From Phaeosaccion multiseriatum (taxonomy: Eukaryota; Protista; Ochrophyta, other classes), in NCBI GenBank assembly GCA_965112735.1, contig OZ218951.1, forward strand, positions 4,340,001-4,404,000: DNA of 64,000 nucleotides, given 5' to 3'. The notes under the pieces were generated by a model. That model did not search any database. It saw only the letters and a program-made list of their open reading frames with translations, and had not been told where the DNA came from. Position 1 is the stretch's first letter, and each line of letters opens with the position of its first letter. This document shows positions 25,501 through 37,500 of the stretch, piece after piece. Both the position numbers and the translations under genes were made by a program.

Positions 25501-28500
25501 CCGCGGCTTCAGCCGAATCGAGCGCCACGAGAGGCTCTGTTCTATCATCACCGACATGGCTCTTTCCAGCACGGCAGGCACGGCCAGCATGGACGTGAAC
25601 AAGCCTTTCATGGAGGTTGGTGTGGACTCGTTGGCGCTCATGGAGCTGAGGCAGCGCCTGCACCTGCGCAGCGGCATTCCCGTGAGCAGTGCCGCCCTCT
25701 TCGCCCACCCCACCGTGGCGGCCTTGGCGGAGTGGTTGGACACTGCGCTTATGGAGGGGAGCGCGAGCAGCCTGCCCAGAAGGATGCCACCGTCTCAGGC
25801 GGGGAGTAGTGCCTCTGCCCCGCTTGCTGTGGTGGGCATGGCGTGTCGCTTCCCCGGAGGCGCAGACAGCCCGGAAGCTTTCTGGGCCATACTGATGAAG
25901 GCAAGGGACTGCATCAGCGCCATGCCCCCGGGAAGACTCGCTGGTGCAGGGAAGGAGTGGCACGGAGGCTTCATCGACGGAGTGGAGATGTTCGACAACG
26001 CCACGTTTGGCGTCTCCGTGGCTGAGGCCGAAGCCATGGACCCCACTCAGCGCATCATGCTCGAGGTCGGCTACGAGGCGCTGCACGAGGCAGGCTTCTC
26101 CATGGACACGCTGCGCGACAGCAACACCGGAGTGTTCGTGGGCGCCATGCAGCACGGCGACTGGGCCGCGCTCAACAAAGACGGGGCCGCCAAGACCCAC
26201 TCCATGATGGGCGAATCAGCGGGCTGCCCTGCAAACCGCCTGTCCTACGCGCTGGGCCTGCGAGGCCCGAGTATCTCCGTTGATACGCTCTGCTCTTCTT
26301 CGCTCGTTGCGCTGGACACGGCGTGTCGCTACCTTCGCTTCGGCACGTGCGACGCTGCGGTGGTGGGAGGAGTGAACCTGCTGCTCGGCTCGCGGTCCTT
26401 CGAGCAGCTCGACAACGCAGGCTTCCTGTCCAAGGACTGGTACGTCATAGATACCAGGGCCTATCTTTGGGAGTATCGAGGTGCTCTACTGCGAGTGGAG
26501 TCGTGGAACTTTTTGTTTGATAGGTAGACCACAAGCATTTTGTCGCTCTCAATGCCTTGACTTGACGTCCACCGCTCCCGTCTGTTTCGTTCTCGTACCC
26601 ACCGCAGGCGCTGCAAGACGTTCGACGTATCGGCCAACGGGTACGTCCGAGGAGAGGGCTGCGGCGCCGTGGTGCTGAAGCGGCTTGATGACGCGGAGCG
26701 CAACGGAGACAGCATTCTCGCCGTCGTGCGGGGAAGCTCCGTGAACCACAATGGGCGCTCTATGCGGCTCACAGCACCCAGTCCAGACGCACAGCAGACG
26801 CTGATTGAGGCAGCCTTGGAGGAGGCCGGCGTAGCAGGCTGTGAGGTTCACTTCGTGGAGACGCACGGCACCGGCACGGCTCTCGGAGACCCAATCGAGA
26901 TGAGCGGCCTCAAAGCCGCGTATGGAGAAGGGCGGGAGATCTCTTTCCCACTCACGGTCGGAGCCGTCAAGACCAACATTGGTCACTTGGAGGGCGCGGC
27001 AGGCATCGCCGGACTCTTGAAGACCATCCTCACATTGCAGCACAGGGCTGCTCCAGGCAACCTGCACCTCAGAAAGCTCAATCCTGAGCTTGAGGCTGAT
27101 GGATTTGCGTTATTCCCGTCCTCGCCGGGACTATCTCCACTGGGTGCCGGTGGCGAGGGACACCCTCATGACTCCGACGAGGTGCTGTACGCAGGAGTAA
27201 GCTCGTTCGGAGCAGGAGGCACCAATGCCCATGTGGTGCTGAGCAGCGCTACGCTGAGGGTGGAGGGGCAGGTTCCAAAGCAGCCAACGAGAAGTGGTGA
27301 TGCGGAGGTCGCCTCACCTACGCACGTCTTTCTCTTCACGGGGCAAGGCTCCCAGTACCTCGGAATGGGCAAAGCGCTCTACGAACAGGTTAGTTGACTC
27401 GCACCATGTTCGTCTGTCTCCGCTCTCCTCATTGCTTCTGTCGGGTTCCATCATCTCGCCCATACACCCTGTTTCTCATCTTCTTGTCTGTACGCTGTGC
27501 TCTCCTCTCTATGCTGCTCTTGTGGGGCTTCAACAGCATGACGTCTTCCGCGAAGCTGTTCACCGCTGTGATGGTCTCCTGCAGGCCCGGGCCTGGCTGG
27601 ACAAGTCCGTGGTGGAGCTCATGTACCCGGCTGCCGTTGGGGAGGAGCAGGAGGAGCGTGCACAAGCGCTACTGAAGGAGACGCGCTACTGCCAGCCGTG
27701 CCTGTTCGTGCTGGAGTACGCACTGTGCGAGCTGTGGAAGTCGAAGGGCGTGGAGCCGTCCGTGGTTATGGGACACAGTCTGGGAGAGGTGGTGGCGGCA
27801 TGCGTGGCTGGCGTCATGTCGCTGGAGGACGGGTTGATGCTGTCCGCCAAAAGAGGAGCCGCCATGCAGGCGTGCCCCGAGGGGGACGGAGTGATGGTCG
27901 CAGTACGGGCAGGCCGCGAGGCGACCGTGGCAAGCATCGACGCTGCGGGGGTGGCAGGCGAGGTGATGCTGGCGTCCTCCAACGGCCCTCAGGCCTGCGT
28001 GATCTCTGGCGCTGGCACCGCTGTGGCCAAGGTGGTGGACAGGCTTTCAGCGGGTGGGGTGGGGTGCAAGGCCTTGGAGGTGTCGCACGCCTTCCACTCC
28101 CCCCTGATGCGGCCCGCTGTGCGCGCTCTGGAGGAGGCACTGAGGCAGGTGTCGCTGAGCCCCCCACGCATCCCTCTGGTGTCCAACGTGACGGGCGAGG
28201 TGGTGAAGGCGGAGGAGGTGACGAAGCCCGACTACTGGGTGCAGCACATGCTGTCTCCGGTGCTGTTTGCGGAGAGTGTTGCCACTCTGCTGCGGGAGAT
28301 CCCTGGAGCCGCGGTGCGAGTGGTAGAGATAGGGCCAAGCCCTGTGCTGACCAACATAGCGCGGCAATGCGCGGGGGAGAGGTCGGGCGTGATGTGGCAG
28401 CCCTCCATGCAGCAGCAGCGCGAGGAGAGCGACGCCACCTCCTTCGACTCGGCGGTGGCCGCAGTGCTGGGCAAGCCCCTTCCTCTGTTCCCATCGCGCA

Positions 28501-31500
28501 AGGCCTTTCGATGGTACACACCACAAACCACAGCTGTCAAGGAGGATGACCACGGTCCGCTCTATGTGCTTGACTGGCACGTGCTTGAGGTGCCGACGTC
28601 TTCGCAGCAGGCTTTGCCAACCGACAGCGCCCCGTGGCTCGTGGTTCTCCCCAAGGGGGCCACAGAGGAGCACACATCGAGCGCCCACGGAGCCTTGGAT
28701 GCTGTCCGAAGCGCAGCGGAGACATGCAGTATAGAGATGCGTGTGGTGGAGGCGATCACTTTGCGTGAGCCGCTGCGCGGCTCCCATCTCTTCTACTTGA
28801 CATCAGCAACGAGCCCAGCGGCTGAGGGGGCAAGTAACTTTGTGCAAACTGTACAGCATTTAGGCGGAGTCGACTCAGTGATGCCGGTGACCGTGGTGAC
28901 AACGGGCGTATACAGCGGTGTGGGCTGGCAGAGCAGCTGGGCAGTGGGGCTGGTGAGAAGCGTACGTCTCGAGCGGGGCGACGTCGTCGTGAACCACGTC
29001 GACCTTGCCACTGCCATGGCTGAGCCTTCTGAGGACGCTCGATCTGGAGTAGACGACACGCATGCTCAAGCTGCCTCCCAGGCTATGATGCTGTCTTCGA
29101 CTCCACCTGCCGGAGGGCGAGGTATGGATCTGCTGGTTCGAGGATGTGAAATCCTTTCTCCGAGGCTGGTGCCGAGCTCATTGAGCCTAAGCTCAGCACG
29201 AGAGGATGGCGTTCCTTGCAAAGAGGACGGGACGTACTTAATCAGCGGTGGGCTCGGGGGCCTTGGTCTGGTGACGGCAAAGCACTTGGTTTCCAGGGGC
29301 GCCCGGCACCTGCTCCTCCTGTCTCGACGCGGCCGAGCGGCTGAGGAGGTTTCAGAGCTTTGGCAAGCGCTGCAGAGTATGGAAGGCGTCATCGCCTTGG
29401 CCGTGGCCTGCGATGTGTCGGACATGAGACAGCTTCGAGCTGCTGTAGGAACCGCTGTGGAGGGGCTGCCTCCCATTCGGGGTGTGATTCACGCAGCGGG
29501 AGTGAGCGGCGCAAAGGGAATGATATCGGGCGAGTCTGGAGAGAATCTGCAGAAGGTTTTCGCCGCCAAGGTCCAAGGGGGGTGGAATCTCCACACGCTC
29601 TGCCTTGAGTGGGCGGCGAGCAGCAGGGAGGAGGTCGACTTTTTCGTCTCGTACTCCTCGACTTCCGCTTTTCTCGGCCTTTCCAGTCAAAGCGCCTATG
29701 CCGGGGCCAACGCTGCTTTGGACGGGCTGATGCGGTACCGCTGGAGCCAGCTTGGCTTGCCTGGTTCCAGCGTGCAATGGGGGCCCTGGGGCGACGTGGG
29801 CATGGCTGCGCGGTCCGGAATGGTGTCGAAAGCCGCGGAGATGACTGGCGTTGGCCTCATATCCCCGACGCTCGGCATGGAGGCCTTGGATGCGGTCCTT
29901 GTAAGCCAGACGCAAACCAACGCGCAGGAGGTGGCCGTGATGCCGGGCATGAGGTGGGAAAGGTTCAGAGCGAGCCTGGACCCTGTGCATCGCGATTTCC
30001 TCGGGCAACTGGAGGACAGGAGGCGGGGTGGCAGAGAGTCAAACAGCCCCAACAGAGTCAACGCCGAGGTGAGGGAAGAACTGCTGCGCATGTCGGAGTC
30101 AGCACGGCGGGAGAGCATCGAGCATGTCCTGACGGACATGGCGGTCGAGTGCATTGGTGACGACGCCACTGTCAAAGCAACAAGGCCCTTGATGGAGGCC
30201 GGACTTGACTCACTAGCATCTGTGGAGTTCCGCGGGCGGATTGAGGCCTGGAGCGGTGTTCCTGTCTCGAATAGCGCCTTCTTCTCGTATCCATCGGTGG
30301 CAGTACTGGCCGCGTGGCTCGAGGCTCAGATTCTGGAGGCGCCGGATGCTCATGTAAGAGGTGACGGGGTGCTGCTGAGGCGGCAATCGTCCTCGGACTC
30401 TCGAGCCCCCATCGCCGTAGTGAGTATGGCGTGTCGCTTCCCCGGTGGAGCCAACAGCCCTGAGCAGCTGTGGTCCGTACTGTGCGAGGGCAGGGACTGC
30501 ATCACGGCAGCGCCGCATGGCAGGTGGGAGAGCAAGGCGGGCGATGCCGAGCTGCAGGGAGGGTTCATCGAGGGTGTGGAGATGTTCGACAATGCCTTCT
30601 TTGGCATCAGTGCTCCTGAGGCAGAGGCAATGGACCCCAACCAGCGCATCATGCTGGAGGTAGCCTTCGAGGCCTTGCATAGTGCGGGAGAGAGCAAGAG
30701 CAGCCTTCGGGGTAGCAACACTGGGGTGTTCGTGGGCTTATCGGACACGGACTGGGGATTTGTGGCAGGAGGAGATGCCGCTGAGGGTGCCTACGGTGGT
30801 ATGGGCCTGACGGCTTCGAACATTGCTAATCGCGTGTCCTACACTCTGGGCCTCTGCGGTCCCAGCGCGCTGCTGCAGACAGTCTGCTCGTCGTCTTTGG
30901 TGGCCCTGGACGCTGCCTGCAGCAACCTCCGCCTGGGCAAGTGCGACTCGGCGGTGGTCGGTGGCGTGAACCTACTGCTCGGGAAGAGCGCCTTTCAGTC
31001 CTTGACTGCGGGGACATTCCTCTCCTCCGACGGGTAAGTGGCGCGAGCTGCGCCACACAGCATTGCATTGCACAGCATTGCATTGCACAGCATTCTTTTC
31101 TTCTGGGCTCATTCTCCCTCTCTGGGGGCTCTCCTTGTCCTGCTCTGCTCACACTCTGAACTACTCATCACTGTCCTTTGTGCTTGGCCGACTTTCGGGG
31201 CCGAAGAGCACTCTTCTAACGTCAGCTTTGTACATTTCTTCCACCAACAACATGCACTGCCATATCTCTCCTTTGAACCTTCTCAGGCGCTGCAAGACGT
31301 TCGACGCCTCGGCCAACGGATACGTGCGGGGTGAGGGGTGCGGTGCCGTCGTGCTGAAGCCCCTGGACGACGCCCTCGCTGCGGGAGACAATGTCCTGGC
31401 CGTGATTGAGGGCTGTGCCGTGAACCACAATGGGGCCAGTGCCCGCCTGACGGCCCCCAGCCCTGCGGCCCAGCGAAGGCTCATCGAGGCCGCGCTGAGT

Positions 31501-34500
31501 GAGGCCGGTCGGGAGGGATCCGAGGTGCGCATCGTGGAGGCGCACGGCACAGGAACCTCGCTCGGCGACCCCATCGAAATGAGCGCTCTCAAGGCCACGT
31601 ACGGGAAGAACCGTGACGAGTCTTTCCCGTTGGTGGTGGGTGCGGTGAAGACCAACATCGGCCACTTGGAGGGTGCGGCGGGCCTTGCGGGGCTCATCAA
31701 GGCCGTCTTGATGCTGCAGCACCGCGCCGTGCCCGCCAACCTCCACCTCGAGACCATCAACCCGGAGCTGGACATGGACGGTTTCCACGTGCGGCTCCCG
31801 GAGGTGATGGTGCAGCTGGAGGATGAGGGAGACGTGTTGGTGGGCGTGAGCTCGTTCGGGGCGGGAGGCACGAATGCGCATGTGCTGTTGAGGAGCCATG
31901 GGGACAAGAGGGAGGGCTCGACACGCGCTGCTCATGCCCCTCGTCATCATGCAGAGACTCCGGTGGGCTTCTTGTTCACGGGACAGGGCTCGCAATACGT
32001 GGGCATGGGCAGGGAGCTCTATGAGGAGGAGGCCGTGTTTCACGAGATTGTGGAACGGTGCAGTGGACTGCTCATGAAGCGGTCCTGGCTGGACAAGTCC
32101 GTGGTGGAGCTCATGTACCCGGCTGCCGTTGGGGAGGAGCAGGAGGAGCGTGCACAAGCGCTACTGAAGGAGACGCACTACTGCCAGCCGTGTCTGTTTG
32201 TGCTGGAGTACGCACTGTGCGAGCTGTGGAAGTCAAAGGGCGTGGAGCCGTCCGTGGTGATGGGCCACAGTCTGGGAGAGGTGGTGGCGGCGTGCGTGGC
32301 TGGCGTCATGTCGCTGGAGGACGGGTTGATGCTGTCCGCCAAGAGAGGAGCCGCCATGCAAGCGTGCCCCGAGGGGGACGGAGTGATGGTCGCAGTACGG
32401 GCAGGCCGCGAGGCGACCGTGGCAAGCATCGACGCTGCGGGGGTAGCAGGCGAGGTGGTGCTGGCGTCGTCCAACGGCCCTCAGGCCTGCGTGATCTCTG
32501 GCGCTGGCACCGCTGTGGCCAAGGTGGTGGACAGGCTTTCAGCAGATGGGGTGGGGTGCAAGGCCTTGGAGGTGTCGCACGCCTTCCACTCCCCCCTGAT
32601 GAAGCCCGCTGTGCGCGCTCTGGAGGAGGCACTGAGGCAGGTGTCGCTGAGTCCCCCGCGCATCCCGCTGGTGTCCAACGTGACGGGTGAGGTGGTGAAG
32701 GCGGAGGAGGTGACGAAGCCCGACTACTGGGTGGAGCACATGCTCTCTCCGGTGCTGTTTGCGGAGGGCATCCACGCGCTGGTGGACAACTTCATGGAGG
32801 ATGGGCAGGGTCTGAATCTTGTCGAGCTGGGGCCCAATCCAGTGCTGAGCAACATGGGAACCAAGTGCCAGAGTCGAGAGGGGCTGGCCTGGATACCCTC
32901 CTTTACGCGCGAACAGAAGGCCGATGAGTCGTTTGGCGAGGCGCTGGGCAGAGTAGCCGGGCCAGAGCACCCCCAACTCTTCCCAACACGCCGGTCGTTT
33001 CGCTGGTACACGCCTCCGCTGGCATTCTTTTCGAGTGGTCAGCTGTCCCAAGAGGGAGAAGGGGTCCGGCTCTCGAGCCCTTTTTCTCCTCACCTGAAGG
33101 ACCTCCTCAAGGACCATGCCGTGAACAAGGTGGTGATCATTCCGGGGGTGACGTACATCGAGGTGGGCGTCGTCGCTGCTCTTGGAGGGACACAGCTCGG
33201 GGCACAGCAGCAGGTAGTCCTGCAAGGCGCCAACTTTGTGGTTCCGTTGGAGGTGGAGGGTGTCCAGCAGACTGGCGCGGCCAAAGCGCACAGCCTCAAC
33301 ACAATTGTCTGTGGCGGCCTGAGTACCCTGCACGGGGGAGATGGAAGCATGCAGTTTTTCGGAGGTGCCGAGGGCGACCGCGGCACGACCGCGAGGATGG
33401 CCCAGGTGTCTGTCACGGAGCGAGCGGAGCCGCGTGACCCCCTCGATGTAGAGGATATCAAGGGACGCGTAGGGACAGTCGATATCGCGTGGAGTTTGTA
33501 CAAGGCAATGGCGGATGCCAATTTCAATTATGGCCCTCGCTTTGAGCGGAATGCGCACATGTTCGCTAATGACGGAGAGGTGTTGTCGATAGTGCGTGCT
33601 CTCGACGCGGAGCTGTGCGAGCCATGGGAGGTGGCGGGGTTTGCAGTCCACCCTGCGGTGCTCGACAATGCGACTCACTCCATCCTACACGCAATCCCAC
33701 AGCAGCTGCTGAAAGCGAGTGGCAGAGCTCCATTCCTTCCCGTTGGCTTCGACGAGGTTGTCGTCTTTGGCGGCATTAGAGGAGAGAGGGTGTGGGTGCA
33801 CACAAGATTCATCGAAGTGGAGGAAGGGGGAAACAGCATCAAGTATGACATCAAGATTGCTGATTTCGAGAGCAAGCAGATTCTTGTGGAGATGCGGGGA
33901 TTCCGCGTGCAGCGAGCGAGAGGCTTCGCCCGCTCCAACCCACTGCGTCGCGCCATGTACACGCTGGAATGGGAGGCCACTGAGTCTCACTTGCCCGTAG
34001 AGCTGCCTCCACATGACCCTGAGGCAGCGCGGCAACGATGGCTGGTGGCTATTGCTCAAGAGGAGGGGGAGAGTGAGCCTGCTATCATTGCAGCAGTGCG
34101 GCGCTCTGTTCCAGCGGGTGTGGACTTGCGCACTCGGTACGGAGGAGGGACGGACGGCTCTTGGGATGGTGATGCGCTTCTTCTTGGAGAGGCCGAGTGG
34201 TCTCGAGTCTTGTACGTGCTCATCCCCGGGGATGGGGACGGCAAAGATGAAGCACAAGGGGTCCAGCTGGCACGAGCGGCCTTCGCCCTCATGGCCCTAC
34301 TCAGGCGCCTGCCCACTGCCTCGAGTGTACCGCTGACTATCTTGACGAGGGGCGTCCAAAGTGGCGAGGACTGGCGTCACAGCTGGGTGACTGGGCTGGT
34401 GCGGACTGCGAGGATGGAGCACCCCTCCATGCTCATTGGTGTGGTGGACCTTACCGACAAGGAGACGGAGGACAGCGAGCTTGTTTTAAGCTTGGCCATG

Positions 34501-37500
34501 CCTGCCACCACAGAAAATGTGTGGGTTCGCGACGAGCAGTGCTGGCGGCCTCAGCTTGTACTACACCAATCCCTGCAGCTTCCTTTCGCACTCGACTTGA
34601 AGGCACGAGGCAGCATCGCCAATGCCTTTATCCTTCGTGATGTGGAGGTTGGAAAAAACCAGCCCCTCGACTCAGCTGGAAGCTCCGTAGAGGTGGCGGT
34701 GAGGGCGGTTGGCCTCAACTTCCGCGACGTGCTGAATGTGCTGGACATGTACCCGGGAGACCCTGGAGACCCTTGCTCCGAGTTCGCCGGGGAAGTGATC
34801 AGTGCTGGCGGAGACTCTTCCTTCCACGTCGGCGACGCAGTGTTTGGCTTTGCTGGTGCGGGATGTTTGTGCTCACATGTGGCAACGAGTGACGCGTGCC
34901 TGGCCGTGATGCCATCCGTACTGAGCTTCGAGCAAGCAGCAGCACTTCCTACGGTGTGCTTGACGGTGTTAAGGGCCTTCCATGACCTCAAAGCTGGTGA
35001 GAAGGTGCTGATCCATGCTGCGGCCGGCGGGGTGGGCCTTGCCGCCGTGCAGTACGCTCAGCGGGTGGGCGCAGAGGTGTACGCTACTGCTGGTGCTACT
35101 TTCAAGCACAACTTTCTCCGAGGCGTAGGAGTGGAGCACATTGCAACGTCGAGAGATGCACAGGCATTCAAGGAGTCCATGGGTGAGGTGAAGGTGGATG
35201 TGGTGCTCAACTCTCTCAGTGAGGACTACATTTCCTTTTCGCTGGACATGCTGAGCGAGGGAGGCAGGTTCGTCGAGATTGGCAAGCGAGGCGTGTGGAG
35301 TCACGAGCAGATGCACACCGCCAGGCCCGACGTAGGGTACGAGCTGATCGCACTGGACAGCATGATCGAGGCTGACTTCTCAACGGGAGAGCGAGGATGG
35401 ATCAGCGGCGGGCTGCAGCGTATTGCCGAAGAGTGTATGTCTGGCGCTATGCAGCCATTGCCCGTCACGCCCTTCGACCTGAGGAAGGATGCTCAGAAGG
35501 CCATGGCCTTCTTGAGCCAAGCGAAGAACATCGGCAAGGTGGTGCTAACCAACCCGTCGTACGGTGTGCCAGTTGCGTCGGATGGCACGTACGTCATCAG
35601 CGGGGGCCTGGGGGCTCTCGGTCTCATCACAGCGCACCATCTCGCGGCAAGAGGGGCTCAGCATCTAGTTCTGCTGTCGAGGAGTGGAAGGGTTGCTGAG
35701 GAGATAACGGAGCAGTGGCAGCAGCTTCTGGGCATGACGGAGCTGACTGTCCACACTCCTGTTTGTGACGTCGCTGATGCCGAGGCGCTTCGCACTTGCC
35801 TGGGTACCGTGCTGGCTGTGCTTCCCCCCGTGCGCGGCGTGGTACATGCCGCCGGGGTGCTGGACGACAAGCGGCTCACAAAGCAGACGGAGGAGAGCGT
35901 GGTGAAGGTGTTCCTACCCAAGGTGCAGGGAGCGGTGAACCTGCACGAGCTGTCCTTGGCTTGGGCAGCGGAGGAGCGCCCTTCCAGCCTTGATTTCTTC
36001 GTGTGCTTCACATCCATGGCCGGAGTACTGGGCAATGCTGGACAGGCCAACTACGCTGCGGCGAATGCCGCTGTGGACGGGCTGATGCGGCACAGGCGAC
36101 GCCTCGGGCTGGCAGGGACGTCATTGCAGTGGGGCCCGTGGGCTGACGTGGGTATGGCTGCACAGCTCGACATTGTTCAAAAGCAGTTGGAACTTGCGGG
36201 TGTGGGCACGGTGTCAGCGGAGCTGGGCATGGATGTTTTGGATGCCGCTGCGATGCCGTCAGTGGCCGCGGGTGATGTGGCTGTCTTGCCTGACATGGAC
36301 TGGACCATGTTTGTGGACAGCCTGGGGATGTCCCGCAGTCCGTCCCTACTGTCAGAGCTTGTCTCAGCATCAGCAGGAGCAGGTGCATCGAACAGCACCG
36401 CGGCCAACAGACAAGTGCGCGAGGAGCTGTTGGGGCTGTCTCCTGGAGACCGGAAGCAGGTGGTGAGCCTTGCTGTCATGGACATCGCCAAGGAGTGCAT
36501 CGGGGACGGTGCCGAAGCGCTGGATGAAACGACTCCGCTGATGGAAGCAGGCCTTGACTCGCTGTCCCTTGAGGAGTTCCGTCATCGCGTGGCTTTGCAT
36601 TTCGGTGTGCGGATGAATAATGGTGTGATCTACGCCCATCCGACTACCACAGCCTTGACAGAGTGGCTGGCACAACAGCTGGCACAACAGCTGCTCCCAA
36701 TGGCTGAGCCGCCCGGGGCAGCAGCTCCACCCCCTCCTAGTCGGCACTCGACAAAGAAGCCCTCGAGCAAGCGAATCGCCGTGGTCGGAATGGCATGTCG
36801 GTTCCCGAGCAGAGCAGATGACCCGGACTCGTTCTGGGCCAACCTCATGCAGGAGAAGGACAGCGTCAAGCCTTTACCATTCATGAGTGAGCAACAGGAG
36901 AGAGTGAGCTTTGGGGCATGTATCGAGGACGCTGATCTCTTCGACAACGATTTTTTCGGCATCTCGGCAGCGGAGGCAAAGTCAATGGACCCCAACCAGC
37001 GCCTCCTGCTGGAAGTGTCATATGAAGCTCTCTCCCGAGCGGGCTACTCGCTGGACGGGCCCCGCAGTATGAGGGGCTCGAGTACGGGGGTGTTTGTCGG
37101 CTCATCCTCTCACGACTGGAGTGAACGTCAAAGAGCCTGCGGGGTTGAGGCTGACAAGTACTCCCTCACTGGGGCAAGCTCTTCCGCCGTAGCTGGGCGG
37201 ATCAGCCACGTGCTGGGCTTGTCGGGCCCTTGCTTTGCCGTCGACACGGCGTGCTCTTCATCCCTCGTGGCGCTCGAGGCAGCGTGTGAGAAGCTTCAGC
37301 ATGCAAAGTGCGATGCCGCGGTGGTCGGAGGCGTCAATCTCTTCCTCCACCCAAGCTCCTTCGCATCTCTCGACAAGGGCGGGCTTCTCTCTCACAAAGG
37401 GTAAGTTGGGCGCGCTGCTCGCAGCGACGTGCCTAATGGGGCACTTGTTCCTCTCCTCCATCTATCTGCCTTCTCCTCCCATTCCTCTGTTCCTTTTGTT

